IMG/VR virus record: IMGVR_UViG_3300037634_000027
Span: 1 to 36,444 of that record
Source: a virus
Taxonomy: Duplodnaviria; Caudoviricetes
Direction: 5' to 3' (one strand)
Length of the DNA: 36,444 nucleotides
In this document: one piece after another, positions 8,211 to 18,221 of the stretch
Layout of the letters: each line of letters opens with the position of its first letter
How positions within the stretch are numbered: the first letter of the stretch is position 1
Made by a program: the position numbers and the translations under genes
The notes under the pieces: model-generated
Told to the model about the DNA's origin: nothing
What the model saw: only the letters and a program-made list of their open reading frames with translations
The model's database searches: none

Positions 8211-10321
8211 TAGGACTGCGGAACCACATATCTAAATGTGCTAGGTGATCCTTCTGGGTTTCTTACGAGCTGACTTTGATAGGAATCAGCTCGCGTGTCC
8301 ATTAGAGTGCCCACATCACCCATCAGCATATTCATCAACTGATTAAAAACTTGGACTTTTCCTTCGGTAGTTTCGGTTCCTTCTATAAAAGTATCCTCCA
8401 TTAAGTTCTCGACTGCTCGCATAGTAGCAACCTTTAACGTATTGTAATTTCTAGCGGTTAAACCGCCTTCGCGAACCAGTTGCGCCCTAACCTGTCTATA
8501 CCCAGCATCAGCTCTGGCAATTTGAGCTAATGACTCCAAACGATCCTTAGAGCCTTGGGTTTTTTCGGTAACCGCCGCAGCTTCTAACGGAGCCACTGCC
8601 GCCTCACCCTTTGCTAAAGTATTGCTTGCCACTTTTACGGCCTCATCCATTCCAGCGCCCATATCGCCTTTAGCAATGCCAGCACCAAGAGCTGCCATAC
8701 CCAGATTAAAAGCACGACTTTTTGTTTCTGCCCGATTTTGGGCAATCAGCGAGCGCAAACTTTCTGCACTTTCCTGCTGGGCATCACCAAAGGATGCGTG
8801 TTCCTCTAACAGCATATCCATCACCTCGTTATCCGAAGTGCCGCCTACGGTAGTGCCGCCTGCTGTGTCGATTATTTCTAATCCCTCTCCTTCAGCTTCA
8901 TCTAAGCTTAAACCACCAGAAATGTCTGCCGGAGCCATAGAGGCCGTACCCGTATATTCCGTTATAGCTCTGGCTGAGTCTGCTGTTATAGCACCCTCAC
9001 TTGTTTCCTTTATCTCGCCGTCGCCATCAAAAAAAGATGTTATTTTTTCCATCATGTCAGGATGAGGTGCATACAGGTCTGGCATATATTCACCAAGTCC
9101 ATCCTTAATAGAGCCGCCCAGTTCTTTTGCTGCTTCAACCATATCAAAGTTTTGCGCCCACTCTCTCAAGCCCAGATCGTCACCTAGATAGTTTTTAGCG
9201 GCGTTGTAGGCATCGGTTCCGCTTTCAACCATATCAAAGTTTTGCGCCCACTCTTGAATGGGTTGAGAAAGCCTTGCCGCAGGCTCTCTCACAAATCTAT
9301 CGTAAGCAGAACCTACGTTGCGTAGACCTTCTTCTCGTTGTAGGGGAGGATCGCGTAGGTCACCTGTACCCAAAACAGTAGCAAAGTCTAAAACAGCCTC
9401 TCCAGACGCTGGCCCTAGAGTACGAAATACGTCACCAACTTCTGTAACTCCCTCACGCAATTCCAACCCAGCTCTCTCTCCAAATGGCATCTTCGATTTA
9501 AAATCAGAGTCAAGATGCCTGTAAGGGTATCTCTCTTCATCGGCAACTAATTGGTTGAACCGATCACTGGCCTCTTCCCACCTAGTTGGTGCGTCAATGT
9601 CACGGCCAGTTCTTTGCTCATACTCTATCTCAGGGCTAAGACTTTGCCCTTCCAGTACATCTAAATAATCTAAAGGCGCTACCTCAACAGGCTTTGCTTC
9701 GGCGTTATCAGTAGAAACATTTGAGGCTGGGCTTTGATACTGAACGCTCCCAAAAGCAGGATGATTATTACCCATAAAATTTGACATAAACCCAAGTTGA
9801 TTGGGGTTTGTTCTTCCAAGGTACTCTAAGTCAGCCACAGAAAAGTTATCGGGATTTTCGCCTCTAGCCAAAACGACAGCTTCTCCGTTTCGCAAATCTT
9901 TTAAGGAGCTAGGAACCTGTTGTCCTTCCTGCATCCGTACAACACCACCTGTACTTGCGTATTGAACTCCCATCCCTGCCAGCCCTTGTGGGGCATCACC
10001 CACGGGGAACGGAGGTGACGAGGAGTTAGGTCGAGCAGGGACAGGAGAATTTGGAAGCATACCTCCCATGTTAGGTGGAGGCATAGGAGGCATGTTAGGC
10101 TGAGGAACTGACGCACCTAGACCTTCCGCCATGATTTGATCTCTTACAGTGGTTGTGGGTTGAGGCTCACTAGCTTCAAACCGATCACGCATATCTGTTC
10201 TTCGTTGTATTTCTGACAACACCAAAAACTGAGGAACTTGCCCAGAAGGAGCAGACATTTCCTGTTGCAACGCAGCATCAGGTAAGCCTTTAATAATGTC
10301 TTCTTGCTCAAGTATGTTCAT
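8210..10321 (-). CDS. putative internal virion/DNA ejection protein
   Basis: 703-aa acidic ORF with a Pro-rich N-terminal linker and an Ala/Gly hydrophobic helix (AFNLGMAALGAGIAKG); TAATG-coupled to the giant gene; position within the ejection cluster. Confidence 0.6.
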   Translation of the reverse strand: MNILEQEDIIKGLPDAALQQEMSAPSGQVPQFLVLSEIQRRTDMRDRFEASEPQPTTTVRDQIMAEGLGASVPQPNMPPMPPPNMGGMLPNSPVPARPNSSSPPFPVGDAPQGLAGMGVQYASTGGVVRMQEGQQVPSSLKDLRNGEAVVLARGENPDNFSVADLEYLGRTNPNQLGFMSNFMGNNHPAFGSVQYQSPASNVSTDNAEAKPVEVAPLDYLDVLEGQSLSPEIEYEQRTGRDIDAPTRWEEASDRFNQLVADEERYPYRHLDSDFKSKMPFGERAGLELREGVTEVGDVFRTLGPASGEAVLDFATVLGTGDLRDPPLQREEGLRNVGSAYDRFVREPAARLSQPIQEWAQNFDMVESGTDAYNAAKNYLGDDLGLREWAQNFDMVEAAKELGGSIKDGLGEYMPDLYAPHPDMMEKITSFFDGDGEIKETSEGAITADSARAITEYTGTASMAPADISGGLSLDEAEGEGLEIIDTAGGTTVGGTSDNEVMDMLLEEHASFGDAQQESAESLRSLIAQNRAETKSRAFNLGMAALGAGIAKGDMGAGMDEAVKVASNTLAKGEAAVAPLEAAAVTEKTQGSKDRLESLAQIARADAGYRQVRAQLVREGGLTARNYNTLKVATMRAVENLMEDTFIEGTETTEGKVQVFNQLMNMLMGDVGTLMDTRADSYQSQLVRNPEGSPSTFRYVVPQS
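9134..9254. repeat. 31-bp exact direct repeat, 90-bp period
   Basis: ttcaaccatatcaaagttttgcgcccactct at 9134-9164 and 9224-9254; encodes EWAQNFDMVE twice. Confidence 0.95.
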
Positions 10322-11625
10322 GAGCCACCTCCCCAGTTTCCGCCACCACCCCAGCCACCAGTAGCGCCGTATAACCCAGCAGCACCAAGGCCAGTTCCGA
10401 GAAGTTGTTGAAAGCCAGAAGGCTGGTCGCCATAAGAGCTTTTGTACTGACCCGGACCTACAGGCACTCCTCTTAACAAGCCAGAGTAAAGGTTAAGCTG
10501 CTCTCTGGGGAACGCCTGTTGACGTAAGAAGTCCTGATAACCCATATCAAGACCTTGTTGAGCAAGCCCTCTACGCCGCTGTCCAGCAGCCTCAAGTTGC
10601 CCAAGTCGATCATATTCCATTGACTGACGAGTTCCCGCCAGACCTGCTGCCTGTCCTGCTGCCGCACTACGCCTGTCTACATCTCTACCGAGCGTATCAA
10701 AGCCTCGCATAGCAATGTCAGCCTGCTCAGCTAGACCTTGCCTGTTAAACTCTGCTCGCTGCATATCTGCCAGACGGTCTTGTTCAAACTGTTGTCTTGC
10801 TTGTCCTATGTCTTGAAATCCAGCCTGCCGATTAGCTTCACCATATTGCAAACCTGCTTGCACATTAGCCTGCTGACGTTGAAAGTCAGAAGCTCTGTCT
10901 GCATCAAAAGCCTGTCGAGCCTGCATATAGTTTTCCATATCTCCGCGAGACTGAATGTCTTGCAGTTGCTCTCCAAGATTTCTTTCCCGCTCAGACTGCA
11001 TGATTCCTTCACGATAACCACCAAGCCCACCGGACATAGCAGCTTGAGCCGCTATCTGATTTGCCCCTTTTTCTGACTCGTCACGGGCTAGTCTTTTTTG
11101 ACGGTCAATGAAGGTCTGTTGGTAGGGGTTCATATAACTGCTCAGAACACCTGCGTCACTAAACTTATCTAGCTCAATGTCTGAACGAGCCAGATCATCT
11201 TGAGCTAACAGATAGTCATCTTGCTCTGCTGCGGTAGTAAAATCTCTACTCGTCAAATCAACATCAGCAAACTCTGGCCGTCTGGCTGCATACTCACCTA
11301 CGTCCTTGCCTAGCTGCTCTGTAACTTCGTCAGCTTGCAAGGCTCGTTGATAAGGACTTCCAGCCATCACTTCACGCATCGTTCTCTGCGATTCCGTAAA
11401 GCTTTCAGGAGTGCCTGCTAATGCCATTTCCTCGTAAGCTTGCTGAGCGCCAGCTTCATAGGGATCAAAATCCGCTATTCTTCGAGAAGGATAAGTTTCA
11501 TAGCCAGTTAACGATTCATAAACACCACGACCTAAAAGGTCTTTATAAAAGGGAACTAGCTCACTAGGTAATTTTTCAACCTGTGTAACTGTACTGTTGC
11601 TACCGCCGCCGCTGCTGCCACCCAT
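10318..11625 (-). CDS. putative DNA ejection/pilot protein
   Basis: 435 aa; MGGSSGGGS N-terminus, Gln/Ala-rich helical body, C-terminal Gly-rich hydrophobic segment (LLGTGLGAAGLYG). Follows a small GNAT-like gene, the order seen in T7 gp13-gp14 and P22 gp14-gp7. Confidence 0.65.
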   Translation of the reverse strand: MGGSSGGGSNSTVTQVEKLPSELVPFYKDLLGRGVYESLTGYETYPSRRIADFDPYEAGAQQAYEEMALAGTPESFTESQRTMREVMAGSPYQRALQADEVTEQLGKDVGEYAARRPEFADVDLTSRDFTTAAEQDDYLLAQDDLARSDIELDKFSDAGVLSSYMNPYQQTFIDRQKRLARDESEKGANQIAAQAAMSGGLGGYREGIMQSERERNLGEQLQDIQSRGDMENYMQARQAFDADRASDFQRQQANVQAGLQYGEANRQAGFQDIGQARQQFEQDRLADMQRAEFNRQGLAEQADIAMRGFDTLGRDVDRRSAAAGQAAGLAGTRQSMEYDRLGQLEAAGQRRRGLAQQGLDMGYQDFLRQQAFPREQLNLYSGLLRGVPVGPGQYKSSYGDQPSGFQQLLGTGLGAAGLYGATGGWGGGGNWGGGS

Positions 11626-12059
11626 TATATGTCCACCTCTACTAGAGTATTGACAGGCTCAAAGTTATGACGCTTCCAAAGACGTACTATAGAGTCTCTT
11701 CCAAGACCTTGTATCTTTGTTGCTCCATGAGCTTGTAATAATGTTTTAAATTTTTCAAATTCCGGTTTCTTCGTTATCCATCTGCCAGCAATCGAAGTGA
11801 CAAAAGCCACTCGACTCATTGGGTAGTTAGTAAAAGAAACAGTAGCACACCCTCTGATGTGCTGGTCTTTATCCGCAGCCACTACCAGTAACCATTCTCC
11901 GCTAGTCAAATAGGACTGAACATGGTCTGCGTTATAGTCAGGCTTAACGCCTTTGTTTTCTGTGCCTTTCTTTAAAGCCGTAGCAATATATTCTTTTACA
12001 TCAGGCCAGATTTGCTGAATGTAGTTAGGCTTAACGTAGGTAATTGTGAGTTCGCTCAT
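11625..12059 (-). CDS. small GNAT-fold-like virion assembly protein (positional equivalent of T7 gp13/P22 gp14)
   Basis: 144 aa; IRGCATVSF...AFVTSIAG...GATKIQG.GR...RLWKRHNF pattern fits an acyltransferase fold; synteny. Confidence 0.55.
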   Translation of the reverse strand: MSELTITYVKPNYIQQIWPDVKEYIATALKKGTENKGVKPDYNADHVQSYLTSGEWLLVVAADKDQHIRGCATVSFTNYPMSRVAFVTSIAGRWITKKPEFEKFKTLLQAHGATKIQGLGRDSIVRLWKRHNFEPVNTLVEVDI

Positions 12060-15000
12060 GCAGGCATTACCTTTGACAAGTCAAGAGGAGCTGGCTGTCT
12101 TCCGCCAGAGCGAGCAAGTCGCACATTATCCATTACCTGATCAAGCACATCTGCGCCTGCGTCAGAGTTTCCGTCTCCTAGTCCTGACACCACATCAGCA
12201 GCAACAATATACTCACCCGGAGATACTGCCACCTGTTGATCTTCTCCGATCATGCCCATGACCTCATCAGCCATGCCACCACTGGAACCTGCAATCATTC
12301 CTTCTGTTTGTGCGTCTGGAACAATAGACTGAAGAACCGCGTCTCTTAATTGTCTAAATTTTTCTATTCCATACTCGTCGATAAACAAGTTAATTACTGA
12401 ATCTGCGTCTTCTATATTTCCTCTAATGGCTTCTACCGTCATAGTTACCAGATCGTTGTAATCTACTTCTGGCATCTCTTGCACAACAGCGGTCTCTTCA
12501 ACAGCTACCATTTCGGGAGGGATTTCCTGCATCATCTGAGGATTAACCGGAGCATCAGCCAAACCACCCGCAGCCAGTTCCACCGGACCCATGCCTGTCA
12601 TAAAGCGTCTTGTCTGTCCTCCGCCACGATAACCCATCATCTGGGCAATTTCTGACTCAGACATACCTGCATAGTCACCCGGAGTGATGTTTGCTGCTGC
12701 TTGCGCCTGTGCGTCAATTACATCTACTGGGTTGGCAGCTTGTTCATAAAAGCCTGCTACTACCGCCTCGTCTATATCTAAAGCTTCTGCTACTTCTGCC
12801 GCAGAAACTCCTTGAGACATAGCGACCTGAGAAAACTGAAGCGCTTGCTCTTGCGTATAGGGAGGCTCACCGAAAGTATCAGTAACGTACTGTCTTATCA
12901 GACCAGAACGGTTTCCGGGTTCGCTTGCATCTTCTCCCGCTGTAGCATCCGCAGCAGCTTGTGCGTCAGCAGCAGCTTGTGCGTCAGCAGCTCTGTCGTT
13001 GGTTATAGTTTCAATTTCATTAAGCACATCATCTACATCAACATCGTACTGGTCGGCTATGTCCTGAGCAGTAAAGTCTCCACTCACTACTCCGTCTACC
13101 AAAGCGTTAATGTCTTCTTGGGTTACCATGAGGTTATTGGTTCCAGCAACACCAGTTATGTCTCCACTGGCAAGAGCCTCATCCCGTTCAAGAGCGGCAG
13201 TGGCAAGTCGATCATCCATGATCCCTGTGTATTCAGCTATAACGGCATCTTCATCTAACCCATAACGCGCAGCTACCTCAGCGGTAGTAGTTGTCCCGTC
13301 AGCAATCATGTCTACTAAAAGATTTCGATCTTCATCTGTAGATGTTGCTGCGTTAGTTCCAAGAGCAGTTCCAGCAAAAGGATCAGTGGTGGTATCTGTT
13401 GTAGTTGTAGTGGTGTCATCGCCTCCACCAGACATAGCCGCATCATATTCTTCTTTTGTTATATCAATATCCCACTGCGTTCTACCCATACCCTCAACAG
13501 CCTTGTAAAGCCATTGACCATCTGGGCCTTTGTATTTGTAATAACTGGTGGCTGTTATATCAGTAGTATCAGTAGTGTCAGTCTCGGTAGTTTCTAAAGA
13601 GTCTAGGTAGTCCTGATACTGAGTTGCTAGGTCAGAATCAAAAGAACCAAAGGTTCCCATAATAGCCGCCTGACCTTCAGTGCTGCTTAAATCAAATAGC
13701 GTTTTAATTTGCTCTAGCTCATCGTCTGTTAGATTTCCGTCACCTAACAAAGAAGCAACAGTAGAGTTGCCCATAGTATTAGTAAATGCTCCTCCGTCCG
13801 TAGTGGTAACCAGATTGCCGTCAGCATCATAAAGAACAGCGGTGTCATCATCGTCATCTACTATGATTGTTGTGTCAGCAAAATCAGCAGCAGCTTTGCT
13901 GTCAAAATAGCCAGTTGGACACACGCCAGTTATGTCTGAAGGAGACGTAGAATAAGTCCCATCACCATTAGAGACATAACAAGTCTTTTTAAGAGTGGCA
14001 GCAGGCGCTGTTTCACTAGAGCCGACAGGACAGCTTGGATTTACACCCGTAACTGGGAAAGAAGCTCCCCCGTCTTCAGGATAACAAGTAATAGTGCTTT
14101 CGCTGTACTCGTTATCTTTTACTGTCTTGGTCTCTCCGGTTTTTGTATAAATGGGATTACCATCTTCGTCTACCGGAAGATTTCCATCCTTATCTCTTTC
14201 ATAAACAACAGGAGTAGGAGCGTTTCCTGTGTCACCACTTAACAAGCCAGCTAAATAGTTATTTGCCCCAGCTCCAAACAAGTCAGCGTAGCGCTCAATA
14301 GGACGATCTTCTATGTGGTCAAAGAACTGAAACTCTTTTTCAAAACCATGCCGATAATCGCCCGGAGGCTTTTGCTTATGAATTCCTCGCAAGAAGGACT
14401 GTCGTTCTGCCCCAGACCCCTCTTCAGTGTCAATAAAATAACCCCCATCTGTAATTCTGGTTCCTACATTGTCGATTGCTTCTTGCATATTTTTTTGTTT
14501 TGCTGCGTTTAGCTGCTCTTCAGAAGAGCCACCCCCAGCAGTGACGTTATAAGGATCAGCTCCTTTTGCTAATACGTCTGCTGTGGCAGCCGGAGTGGTA
14601 GTAACTACGTTCGCTATAGCATCGTTTTCATTTTGAAGAGTGAAAGCATCATTACCTTCAGTGATTCCTGCTGAGCCAGAACCAACTCCATGTGCTGGAT
14701 CGTTGCTTCTATCGCTAGTTCCTTGGTAGGGATCGAAATTATCTAAATAACTCGTACCCGTACTACCTTCTACATAAGAAGAGTTGTAAGGAATCGCATC
14801 TGGGTTGTTGCCAAAAAAGACTTCATCATTAATGGAAGCTTCATACTCTAATCGAGCTAGTCTTTCCGCCTCGGTCTCACCACCATTAGCCATTCCAACA
14901 ATACCGCCTGAAGCATAACGTCCCTCATAAGGGTTACTGGCATAACGATTGCCTCCGCTCATTGGAGGAGGAGTACCCATTTTGCGTCTTCGGTCTCTGT

Positions 15001-15832
15001 CGGCTACACCAACAGCATTGTCAAAAACATCCTGCCATTCCTGAGCATAAGCTGTATCAGTTGCCTCGCCTTCCTTACGCATTTTTTCCATGAATTCTTG
15101 TTGATCTATCTGGGCCGTAGTACCTAGACCCGTAGCTATAGGCAGCATAGAGGAAGGACTCATGAGCTGCGTACCTGCTGCGGCAAGACCTTCTCTACTG
15201 GTAAAACCTCTGCCCATGTTTCCTAAATTTTGTCCAAATGTAGCTGGCGGTGCGTTTTGCAACCCTTTAGCCGCATCTAGATAAGCAGTTTGCTGGGGAG
15301 AAAAAGGAACCACAGCATCTTTGGCTGCGGCAGTTAAGGGGTAACCGGGAACAGGATTCCCTCCAATTATTGCTGAACCCAAATCAGGTGTTGCTTGGGT
15401 TCCTAAATTAGCTGTAGCCCCAGCTAAAGTATCAGCTTGACTAGCTGCTTTTCCAGCCTCGCCAGCAGCACCAAAAACCTTACCTAAACCAAATCCTGTT
15501 ACGCCACCTATTAAACCTTTCTCGAAATCTCCTGTAACTGCCCACGTAGCTAAACCAGAGCCTAAAGCTCCAGCCAAACCTGCTCCCAGTGTTCCTCCTA
15601 AAGCCGCTGTACCTAACGTGCTTCCAATCATCGGTGCAAGCAATGGAGCAAGCATCGGCAGAAACGCTTCTGGCTGACCAGTGTCAGGGTTAATAGTTAG
15701 CTGTCCTGTCGGTGACATAGCTGCCAGACCGCTGACCTCAGCGGGATTCATGTGGACAAGCTGGGTGTCACCAAACCTTCCTCTTTGTGCTAACTGATTT
15801 GCGGTGCGCTTTAATGGCGGCTGCATATTCAT
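12056..15832 (-). CDS. large acidic internal virion protein
   Basis: Start moved from the TTG at 15862 to the ATG at 15832 (AGGA 8 nt upstream; removes the overlap). N-terminal GRFGDTQLVHMNPAE...INPDTGQPEAF followed by Gly/Ala hydrophobic helices; C-terminal GMIAG...GEYIVAADVVSGLGDGNSDAG domain; low-complexity D/T-rich middle. Confidence 0.65.
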   Translation of the reverse strand: MNMQPPLKRTANQLAQRGRFGDTQLVHMNPAEVSGLAAMSPTGQLTINPDTGQPEAFLPMLAPLLAPMIGSTLGTAALGGTLGAGLAGALGSGLATWAVTGDFEKGLIGGVTGFGLGKVFGAAGEAGKAASQADTLAGATANLGTQATPDLGSAIIGGNPVPGYPLTAAAKDAVVPFSPQQTAYLDAAKGLQNAPPATFGQNLGNMGRGFTSREGLAAAGTQLMSPSSMLPIATGLGTTAQIDQQEFMEKMRKEGEATDTAYAQEWQDVFDNAVGVADRDRRRKMGTPPPMSGGNRYASNPYEGRYASGGIVGMANGGETEAERLARLEYEASINDEVFFGNNPDAIPYNSSYVEGSTGTSYLDNFDPYQGTSDRSNDPAHGVGSGSAGITEGNDAFTLQNENDAIANVVTTTPAATADVLAKGADPYNVTAGGGSSEEQLNAAKQKNMQEAIDNVGTRITDGGYFIDTEEGSGAERQSFLRGIHKQKPPGDYRHGFEKEFQFFDHIEDRPIERYADLFGAGANNYLAGLLSGDTGNAPTPVVYERDKDGNLPVDEDGNPIYTKTGETKTVKDNEYSESTITCYPEDGGASFPVTGVNPSCPVGSSETAPAATLKKTCYVSNGDGTYSTSPSDITGVCPTGYFDSKAAADFADTTIIVDDDDDTAVLYDADGNLVTTTDGGAFTNTMGNSTVASLLGDGNLTDDELEQIKTLFDLSSTEGQAAIMGTFGSFDSDLATQYQDYLDSLETTETDTTDTTDITATSYYKYKGPDGQWLYKAVEGMGRTQWDIDITKEEYDAAMSGGGDDTTTTTTDTTTDPFAGTALGTNAATSTDEDRNLLVDMIADGTTTTAEVAARYGLDEDAVIAEYTGIMDDRLATAALERDEALASGDITGVAGTNNLMVTQEDINALVDGVVSGDFTAQDIADQYDVDVDDVLNEIETITNDRAADAQAAADAQAAADATAGEDASEPGNRSGLIRQYVTDTFGEPPYTQEQALQFSQVAMSQGVSAAEVAEALDIDEAVVAGFYEQAANPVDVIDAQAQAAANITPGDYAGMSESEIAQMMGYRGGGQTRRFMTGMGPVELAAGGLADAPVNPQMMQEIPPEMVAVEETAVVQEMPEVDYNDLVTMTVEAIRGNIEDADSVINLFIDEYGIEKFRQLRDAVLQSIVPDAQTEGMIAGSSGGMADEVMGMIGEDQQVAVSPGEYIVAADVVSGLGDGNSDAGADVLDQVMDNVRLARSGGRQPAPLDLSKVMPA
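12945..12993. repeat. 18-bp tandem coding repeat (AADAQA)n
   Basis: gcagcagcttgtgcgtca repeated in tandem; encodes AADAQAAADAQAAADA. Confidence 0.85.
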
Positions 15833-15842
15833 ATTTGTAATC

Positions 15843-16172
15843 CTAACTGGTTTCCACGCCAAACAGGTTAAAACTCATGCCAGTACCGCCAGCATAAACT
15901 TTAACCACATCAGCTTGGTTAAGAGTCATTCCGATAATTATGGCAAGCGAATCATTCGCTGCCACTTCTTTGTCGTAATAAAGATATTGCTTGTTATCAG
16001 CGCCTGCTCCTGCCACATGGACAGTCAGGCGGAAAGTCTGTGCTGTTCCGTTGCGGTTACACACCACCAGAGAACTCACAGTCGTTAAATTAAGATCAGG
16101 AACCGTATAAAGTGTTTCTGTTGTCGTAGCTGCGGCATCAAGCTGTCCCAGTACCTTAATCGCATCAGCCAT
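15843..16172 (-). CDS. conserved small beta-rich phage protein, probably tail-associated
   Basis: 109 aa; TLYTVP...LVVCNRNG...LFGVE pattern; directly downstream of the nozzle gene pair. Confidence 0.6.
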   Translation of the reverse strand: MADAIKVLGQLDAAATTTETLYTVPDLNLTTVSSLVVCNRNGTAQTFRLTVHVAGAGADNKQYLYYDKEVAANDSLAIIIGMTLNQADVVKVYAGGTGMSFNLFGVETS

Positions 16173-16371
16173 TAGAAGCCCCCATCAGCAGAAATTGAAA
16201 CCGCTTCATTGCCAATGACTCTTCCTTGCTTACCTTTTGATTTATTTCAGTAATGTTATCCTGAACATCGGCAAAAGAACGCTCAATGGTTCTTCTCAAA
16301 GTAAGCTCATTCTGGAAGTCATACGCAGTATTTGCCGTAGGCAATACTACTGAGTTAGTTTTTTGTGCCAC
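16165..16371 (-). CDS. hypothetical small helical protein
   Basis: 68 aa; GTG start overlaps the nozzle stop codon and the 3' end overlaps the next gene; fills the operon gap. Confidence 0.6.
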   Translation of the reverse strand: MAQKTNSVVLPTANTAYDFQNELTLRRTIERSFADVQDNITEINQKVSKEESLAMKRFQFLLMGASNG

Positions 16372-18221
16372 TAACGCCTCCCGTCTGGTTTAACGTCAAA
16401 CCTCATCTGACCAAGAGTCCATCCGTAGCCAGTCCCTGTACTTGCAAACCTGACAATAGATTCACGGGTACGCGCTCTTATGAATGACTGGTTAGTGGTA
16501 TTAGTAACCGTACTTGTTGCCAGCGTGGTACTGGAGTTAAGAGGAAAATCTTTTCCTTTTAAAGTAACCGTCATTGCTGCGCTGCCAGTAGCTCCACGAA
16601 AATGAAAATCAGGAATCATGCGGTTTACAAACATGAACTCTTCGCCATCTCCCATTTCAATACCCCCTGACTCAATGTAGGCATTCATAGCACCGCCATC
16701 ATCGTCATAACCATTCTCATGGTTGTACAGGTAATTCTCGTTACTGGATACTATATTAGTAGCCGCAATCGGAAAGGTTCTGGTGTTTGCAGGTATCCAC
16801 GCACCTCTTTCCAAGGTTCCTACTGCCCACGAATCCTCAAGGTAGTTGTAAGAAACGTAGTTAGTACATTCTGTGTTACCACTACCAACCGGATAGAACC
16901 AATAGACCTCTGAAAAATCGAGACTGGCAGTAGCAAAAATTTTAAATTCTTCTGAAGCGTTAAGATTACTAAACACATAATCCAGCACGGTACATTTAAG
17001 CCGCTGTATTGCTCCGTTATAAAAGTAGAATCCTCCTCTGTCCATGAAGAACACCATATCGCCAGCATTGGTAGCCGCGTTAGGTGAAACCATCGACAAG
17101 CCTTCATTCACCACATCAAACTCATAGGTAAAAGGCGCTCCAGAGAACCGCATGGAGTGAATACTGTTGTTAGTAAAAATCAGTATTTCCTGCCGCGTTT
17201 TGATGGCTCCAACGATATAAGAACCCGCAGTAAGTGTTACCCCTCCAGAGGTATTAAGAGAGGTAGGAGTCCAGTCAAACGGACTTTCTTGGTCAGACCA
17301 ACGCACAAACAACGGATCAAGTGTTGCACTACCAATAGGGGTGCAGCCAAAACAAATCGTATGACGATCTGTATCTGAGACCATTACCTGCAACGCAAGA
17401 GTGGGAGGACTTACTGCTCCTGCCTTGTCAACAAGAGCAACTCCTCTTGTTCCTGTGCCTACGCTTTCGTCCCAGTAGTAAACACCACCACCACGAACAC
17501 AGAAAAGAAGATCATTACCGAAAGTGTCCTGACTCCACAGCCTAAGCTGATTGCCAGCACCAATAGGCGTTGAACCTCCCCAACCTCCGCTACCCCATGT
17601 GCCTGCTCCGAATCCAGAGGCAGAGACATAGGTGTTAAGACCTGTATTTATCTGATACTCGCCAACTACAGCAGCCCCACCGTTGCCCGTGTCTAAGGCA
17701 TTGGCTGTTACCGTAACTCCTGCTGTGTTCTTAGCTGTAATAGTGTAAATATTTGCATCGGTAATAGAGGCTATCTGGTACTCCTGATTAAGCACCGCAG
17801 CAGTAATATTGCCGCCCAATGTTACAGCCCCAGAGAAAGTTACAAAGTCGTTAACTACAGCGCCGTGGTTAGTGTTAGTAACAGTCAGCGTTGAAGAGCC
17901 ATTAACAGCCCCAAAGGTTACCGCTCCAGCAAGCGTAGTAGTTCTTATCGGGGTGACATCGTTATAACCAGCACCCAGATTTATATAAAACTTCAGGTTG
18001 GTTCCAATTCCCAGATAGTCAATAGCCGACTGAGCTACCCAGTCTAACAAAGAGCGACATACGCCTAAGAATGCGTTAGCTGAATACTTTGCCCATCCGC
18101 CTATCTGTTCAGGTCTGCCCTTACGAAAGCGGATTTTGTCAGAATCATACCAACCACTACCAGCAGTTAGCTGGGTTCCTTCCTTGTCTATTCCGGGCTT
18201 GAATTCGTACTTAACTAGCAT
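16371..18221 (-). CDS. tail nozzle / head-closure protein (P22 gp10 or T7 gp12 equivalent)
   Basis: 616 aa, beta-propeller-like; KPGI...RFRKGRPEQIGGW start, VRWSDQE and SEVYWFYP motifs, DVKPDGRR end; small inserted TNHG beta domain; precedes the ejection genes. Confidence 0.8.
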   Translation of the reverse strand: MLVKYEFKPGIDKEGTQLTAGSGWYDSDKIRFRKGRPEQIGGWAKYSANAFLGVCRSLLDWVAQSAIDYLGIGTNLKFYINLGAGYNDVTPIRTTTLAGAVTFGAVNGSSTLTVTNTNHGAVVNDFVTFSGAVTLGGNITAAVLNQEYQIASITDANIYTITAKNTAGVTVTANALDTGNGGAAVVGEYQINTGLNTYVSASGFGAGTWGSGGWGGSTPIGAGNQLRLWSQDTFGNDLLFCVRGGGVYYWDESVGTGTRGVALVDKAGAVSPPTLALQVMVSDTDRHTICFGCTPIGSATLDPLFVRWSDQESPFDWTPTSLNTSGGVTLTAGSYIVGAIKTRQEILIFTNNSIHSMRFSGAPFTYEFDVVNEGLSMVSPNAATNAGDMVFFMDRGGFYFYNGAIQRLKCTVLDYVFSNLNASEEFKIFATASLDFSEVYWFYPVGSGNTECTNYVSYNYLEDSWAVGTLERGAWIPANTRTFPIAATNIVSSNENYLYNHENGYDDDGGAMNAYIESGGIEMGDGEEFMFVNRMIPDFHFRGATGSAAMTVTLKGKDFPLNSSTTLATSTVTNTTNQSFIRARTRESIVRFASTGTGYGWTLGQMRFDVKPDGRR

